The notes beneath the pieces were generated by a model. That model worked only from the letters and a program-made list of their open reading frames with translations. It was not told the DNA's origin and made no database searches. Positions 1 to 12,864 of a stretch of DNA of 64,000 nucleotides are shown here, piece after piece (position 1 is the stretch's first letter; each line of letters begins with the position of its first letter). Origin of the DNA: Candidatus Izemoplasmatales bacterium (GTDB lineage Bacteria; Bacillota_I; Bacilli_A; Izemoplasmatales; Hujiaoplasmataceae); contig JAQVVR010000006.1 in NCBI GenBank assembly GCA_028698875.1, positions 46,924 through 110,923 of the forward strand, in the 5' to 3' direction. The position numbers were made by a program, and so were the translations under genes.

Positions 1-1034
1 AACGCTTCTTCGGCATTAGCAATGGTGAATTTATAATCAAAAGCAGTACAATAAAATAAAACTCGTTTTAATGCTCCTTCAAGTTCGCGAACATTATTAT
101 CAAAAATACTGGCAATATATTCTAAAACTTCATGGGGGATTAATTCAGGATCCGATGTTTCTGCCTGTAATTTCTTTTTTAAAATCAAAATACGGTGATC
201 AAGACTTGGACGATTAATGTCAACAGATAAGCCCCATTCAAACCGACTTGTCAGTCGCGACATGATGTCATAGAGTTCTGAAGCTGGACGATCAGAAGTA
301 ATGACAATCTGTTTGTTATTATCCTTGAGACGTTCGAAGATTTTGAAAAACTCCAATTGTGATTGCGTTTTACCAGCTAAGAATTGAATATCATCAGCTA
401 ATAAAATATCAACATTTTCATATTTCTTAGCAAAATCATCAAAAGTTTTTTTGGCGCTAGCTCTTCCGTAATCCTCAATAAATTGATCAGTCTTTAGATA
501 CAAGACCTTCATGTTAACATCGTTTTCAAGAATATAGTTTCCAACGCACTGCATTAAATGGGTTTTGCCCAAACCGACCTCTCCGAAAATGTATAACGGA
601 TTAGCGAATACCCCAGGTTGATCTGCCACTTTGGTTGCAGAGGTATACGCAAGGCGATTACTTGCTCCAACAACGAAATTGTCGAACGTATATAAATTGT
701 TCAACCCAGTTTTGTATTTGTTTTCCAAACCCTGTTCGGGAACATTAATTGCATAGGAAGCCTTCGATAATTCTTCAGCGGCCTGCTCTTTGGAGATAAT
801 TTTGAACATATGTTTAACATCAAGATATTCGTTTAACATGGCATTTAGACGATTGAGATAAAAAGCGTCGATTTTGCCTTTGACGAACGAATTCGGAGCT
901 ATCAAATATACATAATTGTTTACAACCTTGAAAACGTTGGTAATTGCGGCGAAAGTTTCATTGAAAACGTCTTCTTCCAAAGTCATCTGCAATTTGTACT
1001 TGATTTTTTCCCAAATTTTTTCGAAATCTTCCAT
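1..1034 (-). CDS. dnaA: Chromosomal replication initiator DnaA (3'-truncated by window edge; N-terminus and AAA+ core present)
   Basis: Minus-strand translation from ATG (complement of 1032-1034) gives MEDFEKIWEKIKYKL..., a Walker A GEVGLGKTHL, DDIQFLAGK, and the DnaA-type VRELEGAL sensor motif. GAGGT RBS lies 8 nt upstream. Absent from the ORF track because the frame runs off the window. Confidence 0.9.
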   Translation of the reverse strand, partial: MEDFEKIWEKIKYKLQMTLEEDVFNETFAAITNVFKVVNNYVYLIAPNSFVKGKIDAFYLNRLNAMLNEYLDVKHMFKIISKEQAAEELSKASYAINVPEQGLENKYKTGLNNLYTFDNFVVGASNRLAYTSATKVADQPGVFANPLYIFGEVGLGKTHLMQCVGNYILENDVNMKVLYLKTDQFIEDYGRASAKKTFDDFAKKYENVDILLADDIQFLAGKTQSQLEFFKIFERLKDNNKQIVITSDRPASELYDIMSRLTSRFEWGLSVDINRPSLDHRILILKKKLQAETSDPELIPHEVLEYIASIFDNNVRELEGALKRVLFYCTAFDYKFTIANAEEA

Positions 1035-1417
1035 GCGTCAGTACCTCATATTATAATATCACTATATCATATTGATTTGAAAATTGGAGAAATAGTTTTC
1101 CACAAAAAATGTGGATAAAAATGAAAAGATTGGCCGGTTTTTAACAGGAAATGTGGAAAAAAAAACTCAAAGAATAGCGGTGAAATCGGGTTTTCCACCA
1201 CTATGGAAAAAGCCGTTATAAACATCTTTGTGGAAAGATTAAATATTTAGCCAAACGGCTAAATCGAGAGAAAAATTTACTGTGGAATTAATCTTTATGA
1301 AAAGAAGATGAAAAGACCAAGCAATTTAAATAATGTTTGACATCGATATAAAAATTAAGTATAATGATGGAGCATAGTTTTTGGAAGGAAAGCAAGGAGG
1401 TGTTGATAGTGGCAAAA
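1035..1417. other. oriC: Chromosomal replication origin (oriC): DnaA-box cluster plus AT-rich DNA-unwinding element
   Basis: One perfect TGTGGATAA box at 1110-1118. 1-2-mismatch boxes at 1096-1104 (TTTTCCACA), 1152-1160 (TGTGGAAAA), 1191-1199, 1229-1237 and 1281-1289. AT-rich stretch 1323-1366. Location is between divergent dnaA and rpmH. Confidence 0.8.
1337..1365 (+). promoter_or_regulatory. Sigma-A type promoter for rpmH-rnpA-yidC-jag-pth (TTGACA-17 nt-TATAAT, perfect consensus)
   Basis: TTGACA at 1337-1342, a 17-nt spacer, TATAAT at 1360-1365, about 50 nt upstream of the rpmH start. Confidence 0.7.
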
Positions 1418-1555
1418 ATGACATATCAACCAAGCAAAATCAAACGAGTTAGAACCCATGGGTTTCTATCAAAAATGGCAACCGCGAACGGTCGTAAAGT
1501 TCTAGCTAGACGCCGTGCTGCCGGACGTAAATCGTTGACGGTTTCTGATCGTTAA
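1418..1555 (+). CDS. rpmH: 50S ribosomal protein L34
   Basis: [42 protein letters not shown] is the canonical L34 sequence. The true start is an internal ATG of the 1364 ORF, preceded by AAGGAGGTG. Confidence 0.93.
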   Translation: MTYQPSKIKRVRTHGFLSKMATANGRKVLARRRAAGRKSLTVSDR

Positions 1556-1657
1556 CACCAATCGCTGATTAATAGCATTTACCAAAACACCTGAAGCCAC
1601 CCGAATATAAGTATCATTTATTGGGATGGCTTTTTGTTTATTCAGCGGGGGATGCGG

Positions 1658-1993
1658 ATGAAGAAAGATTATCGCGTCAAACGAAACACAGAAATAGTGA
1701 AAATTATCAACAAAAGAGATAGCGTCGGTGACGGTTTTTTTGTGGTTTACAAAGCCAATAATCTTCATACCGGACATTTTCGCTATGCAATAAGCGTCTC
1801 AAAAAAATTTGGAATTGCAGTTCAACGAAATTTAGTTAAACGGCGCGTCCGTGAAGTTGTGGATGCGACAAAATTCAATGACATTGTTGATTTTCTAATC
1901 GTCATCAAACCGGCATCGAATAAATTATCTTTTGCCGAAATAACTACCGATTTGCATAAACTATTCGCTCGCGCGAAAATAATTGAGGGATAA
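1658..1993 (+). CDS. rnpA: Ribonuclease P protein component
   Basis: Basic ~110-aa protein MKKDYRVKRNTEIVKIINKRDSV... directly after rpmH. Start chosen at the third ATG, behind GGGGGA. Confidence 0.85.
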   Translation: MKKDYRVKRNTEIVKIINKRDSVGDGFFVVYKANNLHTGHFRYAISVSKKFGIAVQRNLVKRRVREVVDATKFNDIVDFLIVIKPASNKLSFAEITTDLHKLFARAKIIEG

Positions 1994-1994
1994 C

Positions 1995-3125
1995 ATGAAG
2001 AAAACCAAAATCTTAGGAATTATTTTATTAGCAATTGTCGGTCTTTTTACTCTTACTGCTTGTGGAAACAAAGAGGGGGTTGCAAACTACACCAACTTTA
2101 CCAATATTGTTGTGACGGATCCATTAGACGCCACCGTTATTCCGTCAACGTACATTGATGTCACCAACACGCTTGTTGGTCCAGCCACCGATACGAGTTT
2201 ATTTGACTCCACAACCGGAAACGGTATTCTCCGATGGAGTTCGGAGTCAGAAGGCTATGATTTTACGGTTACCTTTACCAATTGGGTTGCGTCGGATAAA
2301 ACTCCGATTGAAGAAACAAACCTATATGCAAGTGACAATTTAACCCCGCTTGGGATTAAAACCGCTTGGACCGAATGGATTCTTTTACAAATCGGCACTT
2401 TCACTTACCACGCAAGCAATCTCTTCGGATTACTTGGTGATACGTACCTTTATTGGCTTGGCTTGCTGCTCATGACATTGTTGATTAGGACATTGGCTTG
2501 GCCGGTTTATGCTAAAAGCAATGATATGACATTAAAGATGCAATTAGCACAACCGGAATTAAACCGAATTCAAGAAAAGTACAAAGGCCGGACGGATCAA
2601 GCTTCGCAACAACGAATGCAAATGGAAACAATGGAAGCATACAAAAAATATAAAATCAATCTATGGGGCTGTTTAATGCCATTATTACAGATGCCGATTT
2701 TTATTGCCATGTATAGTGTTGTTCAAAGATTCCCCCACACCCCAGAATCGACATTTGGAGGGGTTGACGGAATTATGAATACTAGTTTCTTATGGACGCA
2801 TCTTGGTAATGTAGAAATGTTACCAAATTTACCTTTAGCACTCATTGTAGGGGGAACAATGTTCCTTAGTCAATGGCTGATGCAAAGACGGCAAGCGGCA
2901 GCACAAAAAAATAATCGCTCACCTCAGAGCGCTCAAGCAAAACAAACAGCTAAGACCATGAAATTCATGATGTATTTCATGGTTGTTATGATGGCATACA
3001 TTGCCATTGGTAATGCAGGTATCGCATTTTATTGGATCATCGGCAACTGCTACCAATTATTACAAAGCGAGCTCAATTATCGACGTCTGGATGCTAAAAA
3101 AGCCAAATTGGCTGCGCGAATGTAA
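1995..3125 (+). CDS. yidC: Membrane protein insertase YidC/Oxa1, lipoprotein form
   Basis: Signal peptide with lipobox LTAC|GN, multi-TM core, basic C-tail. Conserved rpmH-rnpA-yidC-jag synteny. Start taken at MKKTKILG after GAGGGA. Confidence 0.88.
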   Translation: MKKTKILGIILLAIVGLFTLTACGNKEGVANYTNFTNIVVTDPLDATVIPSTYIDVTNTLVGPATDTSLFDSTTGNGILRWSSESEGYDFTVTFTNWVASDKTPIEETNLYASDNLTPLGIKTAWTEWILLQIGTFTYHASNLFGLLGDTYLYWLGLLLMTLLIRTLAWPVYAKSNDMTLKMQLAQPELNRIQEKYKGRTDQASQQRMQMETMEAYKKYKINLWGCLMPLLQMPIFIAMYSVVQRFPHTPESTFGGVDGIMNTSFLWTHLGNVEMLPNLPLALIVGGTMFLSQWLMQRRQAAAQKNNRSPQSAQAKQTAKTMKFMMYFMVVMMAYIAIGNAGIAFYWIIGNCYQLLQSELNYRRLDAKKAKLAARM

Positions 3126-3137
3126 GGGGGAATAAAT

Positions 3138-3758
3138 ATGAAAACATTTCGATTTGAAACAAAAGTTTTAAATGATGCAACACTTAAGTTTGCTGCGGAT
3201 GAAATGAAAGTTAATCAAGAATATGTTTCTTTAAAAGTTGTTGAGGAAAAACATGGATTACTAGGATTAAATAAAAACTATGTTGTCGAGGCCGTTGTAA
3301 ATTTTGATCCAATAAATGATTCAATCCGCTTTTTGCAAATGATTTTAACGGATATGGAAATTAAAGCGATTGTGGAAGCTCACCAAGGTGAAGAAAACAA
3401 CTTTACATTTACCATTGACGCTGAAGAAAACCCAATTTTGATTGGTCGTAATGGTAAAACGCTTGACGCTATTCAAACCCTTCTAAAAAATTATATTAAC
3501 ATCTTTACCGATGAGCACTATATGGTTTTAGTAGATATCGGCGGATATAAAGAACAACGAAAAAAACAATTGGAAATATTAGCAACCAAAACAGCCAAAG
3601 AAGTCGCTAAAAGTCGGATTAGTGTTTGTTTGAACAAAATGAACGCTTATGAACGTCGAGTTATCCATACTAAACTTTCTGATTGGCGAGATGTCACAAC
3701 GGAGTCCGAGGGCGAAGAGCCGAATCGGTATGTCGTTATTCGTCCGAAAGCTAAATAA
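3138..3758 (+). CDS. khpB: Jag/KhpB RNA-binding protein (KH + R3H domains)
   Basis: C-terminal R3H motif ERRVIHTKL...NRYVVIRPK. Sits downstream of yidC as in Firmicutes. Confidence 0.85.
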   Translation: MKTFRFETKVLNDATLKFAADEMKVNQEYVSLKVVEEKHGLLGLNKNYVVEAVVNFDPINDSIRFLQMILTDMEIKAIVEAHQGEENNFTFTIDAEENPILIGRNGKTLDAIQTLLKNYINIFTDEHYMVLVDIGGYKEQRKKQLEILATKTAKEVAKSRISVCLNKMNAYERRVIHTKLSDWRDVTTESEGEEPNRYVVIRPKAK

Positions 3759-3759
3759 T

Positions 3760-4332
3760 ATGCGGTTGGTTGTTGGTCTCGGTAACCCGGGAAAAGAATA
3801 CGAAAAATCGAAGCATAATATAGGCTATATCTGCTTGGATGCGTTTGCAAAAGCCAATAATATCAAGTTTTCACGATCAATCAAATTTCATGGTGAAATC
3901 ATCCAACTTAAAACCGCGATTTTGTTAAAACCGCGAACATTTATGAATAATTCTGGGCTCGCAGTTTTGGCTGTTGCTGATTATTTTCACATCGAACCAG
4001 AGAATATTTTGGTTTTCTCAGACGATCTTGATTTGCCATTTGCAAAACTAAGACTACGAGAAAAAGGTGGAGCCGGGGGACATAACGGTCTGCGATCGAT
4101 AATTGAATATCTTAATACCGGCGATTTTCGAAGGTGCCGAATTGGAATCGATCGCGACGAAAACCAAGATGTCATCAATTATGTTTTAGGCAAGTTTTCC
4201 AAAGCACAAAGCCAAGAAATTGCTTCATTGACAATCGTAACAAACGATATCATCACTCAATACATCAATGAAATTGATTTCGATACAATTATGAACAATC
4301 ATAACGGTCAAAACACAGTTAAAAACACATAA
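3760..4332 (+). CDS. pth: Peptidyl-tRNA hydrolase
   Basis: MRLVVGLGNPGKEY...HNGLRS Pth signature. The true start is an internal ATG at 3760, 1 nt after the jag stop. The upstream part of ORF 3649 overlaps jag and is not coding. Confidence 0.9.
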   Translation: MRLVVGLGNPGKEYEKSKHNIGYICLDAFAKANNIKFSRSIKFHGEIIQLKTAILLKPRTFMNNSGLAVLAVADYFHIEPENILVFSDDLDLPFAKLRLREKGGAGGHNGLRSIIEYLNTGDFRRCRIGIDRDENQDVINYVLGKFSKAQSQEIASLTIVTNDIITQYINEIDFDTIMNNHNGQNTVKNT

Positions 4333-4483
4333 GAATGACTGTGTTTTTTCTTTGGATCACGTAAATAAAGCGTTATTATGCCAAAAAAACCATTTCATGA
4401 TTGAAATTTCCGCCACGCATAATGACGCGGGTATATAGACAGTGATATAATAAATAAAACATATAATATACGGAGGTACTCAG

Positions 4484-5137
4484 ATGGAAAAAACAGTAAT
4501 TGCATTTAATAAAGAAGTATGGAGAATAACCTGGAAGGGAATTAAACAAAATTTTGTAATATACTTTGTATTACTATCAATTTCGCTCGTTGCTTTAGCT
4601 ACGATTATTTTGGCGCCGATGGCGATTAGAGTATTAGTTGGCATGCATGAGATGCTAATTGTTGAGGGGAAAATTGATTATCGAAAATTACTTTCTCAAG
4701 CAGATGATGACAAAAATTATTTTAAAGTACTTCTAGTCATTATCGTTGAATTGGTCGCCATCGCCGGCGGAACAATTATGTTTATTGTCCCAGGGATTGT
4801 CATCGCTTTATCGCTTGTGCCAGTTAATTACTTATTATATAAAAAGATGAATCCGTCAATAAGCGCCCTTGTTACCACTTCAGTGGAAACGATGCGCGGA
4901 CAAAAAACCCGATTATTTCTCTCATTACTAATTCCATCGCTTGGTTTTGGAATCATCTATGCTGTTTTAGGCGTCGGAATATACTTATTGAATCTAGTGT
5001 CAATCTTTTTAACAATACCATTGTTATTAGTTGTGATTGCGGTTTCGTTATTTGCCATGATGTATTTCTTTATTATGCTTGTGGCTTTTGCTCGTAATGT
5101 CTGTGAAAAACCCGCCCAACCAACATTGACGGCATAA
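4484..5137 (+). CDS. Hypothetical polytopic membrane protein (about 5-6 TM)
   Basis: Hydrophobic segments throughout; GGAGGT RBS. No recognisable family. Confidence 0.6.
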   Translation: MEKTVIAFNKEVWRITWKGIKQNFVIYFVLLSISLVALATIILAPMAIRVLVGMHEMLIVEGKIDYRKLLSQADDDKNYFKVLLVIIVELVAIAGGTIMFIVPGIVIALSLVPVNYLLYKKMNPSISALVTTSVETMRGQKTRLFLSLLIPSLGFGIIYAVLGVGIYLLNLVSIFLTIPLLLVVIAVSLFAMMYFFIMLVAFARNVCEKPAQPTLTA

Positions 5138-5160
5138 CTTTTTTTGAAAGGTCTGATTGG

Positions 5161-5922
5161 ATGAACGCTCTTGTGACTGGTGCCTCAAGTGGAATTGGCA
5201 AAGCAATCGCCGAAGAATTGGCGAAAAAAAAAATAAATCTATTCCTTGTTGCTCGCCGACAGGCAGAACTAGATGAAATCAAAGTATCACTTGAGTCACG
5301 ATACGGAATCAAGGTTTTTGTTAAAACCTTTGATTTATCTACCGAAGCAAACTGCTTTGCTCTTTTTGAAGCGTGTAAAAACGATCAGTTAGAAATTGTC
5401 ATCAATAATGCTGGGTTTGGATGCATTGGTTTGTTTGAAAATATTGAGCTTGACACGGAATTAAAAATGCTCCGACTTAACATTATGAGTGTTCATATCC
5501 TGACAAAACTGTTTGTGAGGTCAATGAAACAAGGCGTTATTTTAAATGTCGCAAGTATGGCCGGCTTCATTCCAACGCCAAACATGGCCGCTTATGCGGC
5601 TTCGAAAGCATACGTATATAACTTCAGCGAAGCAATTAATTATGAATTAAAACGAACTAAAAAGAAAGTTCGCGTTTTATCACTATGCCCAGGGCCAGTT
5701 AACACGAATTTTGCTAATGTTGCGGGGGCAAAAACGGAATTTAAAGGAATGAGCGCCGAAAAGTGTGCAAGAATCGCCGTCCGTGGCATTGAAAGACACA
5801 GACATCATATTATTCCCGGGTTAGGAATGAAACTGACAAAATTTTTTGTTCGCTTTCTTCCGTTGGGGATAATTTTACCGATGGCCTTTATGATTCAATC
5901 AAAAAAGGATGAGATTTCCTAA
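5161..5922 (+). CDS. Short-chain dehydrogenase/reductase (SDR) family oxidoreductase
   Basis: N-terminal TGASSGIGKA Rossmann motif, NNAG, and a YxxxK-type active-site region (AASKAY). Confidence 0.85.
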   Translation: MNALVTGASSGIGKAIAEELAKKKINLFLVARRQAELDEIKVSLESRYGIKVFVKTFDLSTEANCFALFEACKNDQLEIVINNAGFGCIGLFENIELDTELKMLRLNIMSVHILTKLFVRSMKQGVILNVASMAGFIPTPNMAAYAASKAYVYNFSEAINYELKRTKKKVRVLSLCPGPVNTNFANVAGAKTEFKGMSAEKCARIAVRGIERHRHHIIPGLGMKLTKFFVRFLPLGIILPMAFMIQSKKDEIS

Positions 5923-6015
5923 AAGCAATTGTTTTTGGGGAAATCGATTGTCAAAAAAACTGCAGATATCCCGGCGAGTCGCGTAGACTCGCCAAAAGTG
6001 CGTGAGGTGATTGCG

Positions 6016-9000
6016 ATGAAAACCATTATTAAGTATTTACACAAAATCAAACCATTTCAAGATTTAATCAGAAGCGTCAAAAACCCTGGATCAAAAACAA
6101 TAATTAAAGACAGTTCAGAAGAGACAGCTATTGTCATGATTTTGGATGTTTATTTTCATACGCAATCAGCATTAGTGGTTGCCACGCCAAACCTGTTCAA
6201 AGCGCAACAATTATATGACAAATTATCACTGATTCTTACTGATGATGAATTGACCTTTTTCCCACAGGATGAGTTTGTAACTAGCGAAATGTTAGTTAGT
6301 TCCAACGAATTCAAAATGGAAAGGATCAATGCAATCCAAGATATTTTGAATCGAAAAAGGCAAATAATAATAACACATACCGCCGGACTATTGAAACCAC
6401 AGATGCCCAAAGAAAAATGGAAAAATGCTGTTTTAGAAATAACTACTGGTCAAGATTATTCCTTAGAAATACTGACCAAAACGTTAGTTCAATACGGTTT
6501 TAAACGGGAATATACTGTCGAAAAACCGGGAGATTTTAGCTTAAGGGGCGGGATTCTCGATATTTTTCCATTGAATAAGCTAGAACCGTATCGTTTTGAT
6601 TTTTTCGGCGAAACGGTCGAAACAATCAAAACATTTGATATTGAATCGCAAAGATCGATAAAGCCAATATTATCAATCCAAATTTATCCAATGTTTGAGT
6701 TCTTTTATACGGAAGACGAGTTAGAAAAACTTATCACCAAGATTGAAGCGAAATGTAATACAGAGTGTTTTTCTCCCGAAGCTTTTTTGAAAATTGAACA
6801 CGATAAAGAATCGTTGAAACAGCACAGTGAGTTAGATAGGCTTGCTCGTTATATCCCCTTTGTAAGCGGAAAACAGACGACAATTCTTGACCTTCTCGAC
6901 AATAAGACGCTTTTCTTTGTGGATTACACACGCGTTTTAGAGCAATATGACATGATGAAAAACGAAGTATCTGATTGGTATATGTCAACGAACGACTACC
7001 CGAAAATGGGGTTTGAAATGATATATGACCTTCACGCTTTACATGCCGATAATACGGTATATTTTGATTTTCTTGATCATCAGTATGCACAAACATTTGA
7101 TTCTACCATTCAGATGTATCATCACGAATCCAATCGATACGACGGCGACTTCACAGCTCTAAAACGGGATTTGTTGAGTTATCTGGGCAAAATTACGGTT
7201 TTATTGGCGGTGAAATCCCTTAAAACAAGAACCAATCTCACAGAATGGCTTGAAAGCGAAGCTATAGCATATCAGTTAATTGGTTCCAAAGAGGCCCTTA
7301 TTGAAAATGCAATCAACATCGTTGTTTCGGAAGCGATTATTGATGTGAATTTTATTGAATATGGGCTTGTAGTTATTACTGAAAGAGGCTTGACAAAAAA
7401 GCAAAGTGCGCCAAGAAAAGGAAAGTACGTTTCTGTTTATCAAAATACAAAGCGTCTGTATTCGGTTAATGATTTAAAACCGGGTGATTTTGTTGTTCAT
7501 TATGATTATGGAATCGGTAAATTTATCGAAATAAAAACGATGGAACTCGGATCGACAAAAAACGACTACATTCACATCGAATACCGAGATAATGACAAAT
7601 TATATATCCCAATCGATGCCATCAATCAAATACAAAAATACGCCGGCAGCGAAGGGTTTGCGCCCCGACTAAGTAAATTGGGAGGAACAGATTGGGCCAA
7701 GACAAAGCAACGCGTTCGCTCAAAAGTTAAGGATATTGCGGACAAATTGATCAGTTTATATGCCAGCCGAGAAAAAAGCGTTGGGTATGCCTTTTTGCCA
7801 GACAGCAGCCTACAAGGTGAATTTGAGGGCGATTTCGAATATGAAGAAACACCCGATCAAATTAAAGCGGTTAATGACGTAAAACATGATATGGAATTGA
7901 ACCGGCCAATGGATCGACTACTATGTGGTGATGTCGGTTTTGGAAAAACAGAAGTTGCATTAAGGGCTGCTTTTAAAGCGGTAACAAGTAACAAACAAGT
8001 TGCCTATTTAGCACCTACTACCGTTCTTTCAAAACAACATTATCAGACTTTTTTGCGCCGGATGGAACAATATGGAATCAATGTTGCTATTTTGAATCGG
8101 TTTGTTACTAAAAGCGAACAAAAAAAGATATTGGAGCGCTTAAAAGTCGGGGCAATTGATGTATTAATTGGAACCCATCGGATATTAAGTGGTGATGTAA
8201 TTTTCAAAGATTTAGGATTACTCGTTATTGATGAAGAACAACGTTTTGGGGTTGAACACAAGGAGAAAATTAAGGAATTCAAAGTCAATATTGACGTTCT
8301 ATCATTATCAGCCACACCCATTCCTCGCACTTTGCAAATGGCGATTATGGGAGTGAAAAACATGTCACTTTTAGAAACGGCGCCGGAAAATCGTTATCCA
8401 ATTCAAACTTATGTTTTAGAACGAAACGAGACAATCATTAAGGATGCTATAGAGCGGGAATTGGCCAGAAAAGGCCAAGTGTTCTATATTTACAATCGTG
8501 TTGACGACATAGAACTAGTGGCGATAAAAATCAAAAAATTAGTTCCAGAGGCAAAAGTGAAAACCGCTCATGGACAGATGAACAAATTAGAATTAGAGAC
8601 AGTTGTAGATGATTTTATAAACCAAAAAATTGATGTTTTAATTTCCACAACAATCATCGAAACGGGAATCGATATTCCTAATGCAAACACACTTATAATT
8701 CATGAGGCGGATCGCTTGGGGTTGGCTCAACTTTATCAAATACGCGGTCGGGTCGGAAGATCAAATCGGATTGCGTATGCATATCTTATGTACACAAAAA
8801 ACAAGATATTGACGGAAGATGCAGAAAAAAGATTGAAAGTAATCAAAGAATTTACCGAACTAGGAAGCGGATTCAAAATAGCCATTCGGGATTTATCGAT
8901 ACGTGGTGCCGGTGATGTTTTAGGCAGTGAACAATCGGGTTTCATTGATTCTGTTGGGATCGAACTATACATGAAGATTTTAAAAGAAGAAATCGCCACA

Positions 9001-9474
9001 CGGCAAGGAAGTTCCGTTGAACCAGCGAAAACCGCAAAAGTCAAGGCTCAGGTCTCAAAGTATATTGATAATGAATATATCGGCGACGATTTTGTGAAGA
9101 TTGAAATGCACGATAAAATCACGGCCATTAATTCCATTGAGGATATTCACAACTTAGAAAACGAGTTTATTGATCGCTTTGGTAACTATACTGACGAATT
9201 GGAAATATACATGTACGAAAAATTATTTGAGAAGTTGTCCGCTAGGATTGATGTCGAAAAAATGATTGAGACAAAAACCAACGTGACGCTTATCATAACT
9301 ATGGAGGGATCAAAAAAATTAGCGGGAGATAAACTATTTATTACCGGCATAAAAATTTCAAAATTTCTCCGATTTGCATATAAATCAGAACGGATTAATA
9401 TCATCATAGATACGGTTGGACTTCATAAACATTGGCTATATACTGTCTGTGAATTTTTAGAAAGCATCGCTTAA
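6016..9474 (+). CDS. mfd: Transcription-repair coupling factor Mfd
   Basis: About 1150 aa. UvrB-homology N-terminal region, RNAP-interacting domain, DEAD-box-like helicase motifs (GDVGFGKTEVA, DEEQRFGV) and TRG/CarD-like regions. pth-mfd proximity is typical. Start taken at the internal ATG MKTIIKY. Confidence 0.9.
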   Translation: MKTIIKYLHKIKPFQDLIRSVKNPGSKTIIKDSSEETAIVMILDVYFHTQSALVVATPNLFKAQQLYDKLSLILTDDELTFFPQDEFVTSEMLVSSNEFKMERINAIQDILNRKRQIIITHTAGLLKPQMPKEKWKNAVLEITTGQDYSLEILTKTLVQYGFKREYTVEKPGDFSLRGGILDIFPLNKLEPYRFDFFGETVETIKTFDIESQRSIKPILSIQIYPMFEFFYTEDELEKLITKIEAKCNTECFSPEAFLKIEHDKESLKQHSELDRLARYIPFVSGKQTTILDLLDNKTLFFVDYTRVLEQYDMMKNEVSDWYMSTNDYPKMGFEMIYDLHALHADNTVYFDFLDHQYAQTFDSTIQMYHHESNRYDGDFTALKRDLLSYLGKITVLLAVKSLKTRTNLTEWLESEAIAYQLIGSKEALIENAINIVVSEAIIDVNFIEYGLVVITERGLTKKQSAPRKGKYVSVYQNTKRLYSVNDLKPGDFVVHYDYGIGKFIEIKTMELGSTKNDYIHIEYRDNDKLYIPIDAINQIQKYAGSEGFAPRLSKLGGTDWAKTKQRVRSKVKDIADKLISLYASREKSVGYAFLPDSSLQGEFEGDFEYEETPDQIKAVNDVKHDMELNRPMDRLLCGDVGFGKTEVALRAAFKAVTSNKQVAYLAPTTVLSKQHYQTFLRRMEQYGINVAILNRFVTKSEQKKILERLKVGAIDVLIGTHRILSGDVIFKDLGLLVIDEEQRFGVEHKEKIKEFKVNIDVLSLSATPIPRTLQMAIMGVKNMSLLETAPENRYPIQTYVLERNETIIKDAIERELARKGQVFYIYNRVDDIELVAIKIKKLVPEAKVKTAHGQMNKLELETVVDDFINQKIDVLISTTIIETGIDIPNANTLIIHEADRLGLAQLYQIRGRVGRSNRIAYAYLMYTKNKILTEDAEKRLKVIKEFTELGSGFKIAIRDLSIRGAGDVLGSEQSGFIDSVGIELYMKILKEEIATRQGSSVEPAKTAKVKAQVSKYIDNEYIGDDFVKIEMHDKITAINSIEDIHNLENEFIDRFGNYTDELEIYMYEKLFEKLSARIDVEKMIETKTNVTLIITMEGSKKLAGDKLFITGIKISKFLRFAYKSERINIIIDTVGLHKHWLYTVCEFLESIA

Positions 9475-9496
9475 TATTGTCTCTTATAAGAATTGG

Positions 9497-9530
9497 CGAA
9501 AACGCTAGAGAAAAATAGCGTTTTTCTTTT
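9497..9530 (+). terminator. Rho-independent terminator after mfd
   Basis: GAAAACGCTA...TAGCGTTTTT hairpin followed by a T-run. Confidence 0.7.
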
Positions 9531-9561
9531 TGTTTTCGTTTCTCAATCATGAAAATAAACA

Positions 9562-9590
9562 TTGAAAATTATATAATTATATTATATAAT
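9562..9590 (+). promoter_or_regulatory. Candidate sigma-A promoter for yaaA-recF-gyrB-gyrA (TTGAAA-17-TATAAT)
   Basis: TTGAAA at 9562-9567, 17-nt AT-rich spacer, TATAAT at 9585-9590. Confidence 0.5.
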
Positions 9591-9633
9591 ATAATAGACG
9601 AAAATATCTTCCAATATCTCCCCTACTACGGAG

Positions 9634-9857
9634 TTGATGAAAATGAAAGCCATAAAAATCACAAGCGAATATATTACCCTTGGACAATTACTTAAATTCG
9701 CTGATGTTATTCAAAGCGGAGGGGAAACAAAATTCTTTCTTTCCAAAAATAAAATTTGGGTTAATCACGAGTTAGAAGCTCGGCGTGGAAAAAAATTATA
9801 TCCAGGCGATCAAATCAAAATCAATGATGAAATCATGCTTGAAATCGTGAAGCAACA

Positions 9858-9861
<4 letters not shown>
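9634..9861 (+). CDS. yaaA: S4-domain RNA-binding protein YaaA
   Basis: 75-aa S4-like protein (ITLGQLLKFADVIQSGGE...) immediately upstream of recF as in the Bacillus dnaN-yaaA-recF-gyrB locus. Start may be 9634, 9637 or 9643. Confidence 0.8.
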
Positions 9862-12855
<2,994 letters not shown>

Positions 12856-12864
12856 GAGGGCAAA

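Noticed and set aside
3649-3759. N-terminal extension of the pth ORF (start 3649) and antisense ORF 3647-3850
   Set aside because: The extension overlaps the jag coding region in another frame. The Pth-homologous sequence begins at the internal ATG at 3760.
5929-6015. Upstream extension of mfd (ORF start 5929) and similar N-terminal extensions in the ORF track for rpmH (1364), rnpA (1634), yidC (1983), dagK (18025), ksgA (19474), dusB (25803), the 45716 gene (46114), dnaX (49228), the ABC ATPase (52620) and cdaA (32936)
   Set aside because: Internal ATG/GTG codons with proper Shine-Dalgarno spacing and homology-consistent N-termini were preferred. The longest-ORF starts overlap upstream genes or lack an RBS.
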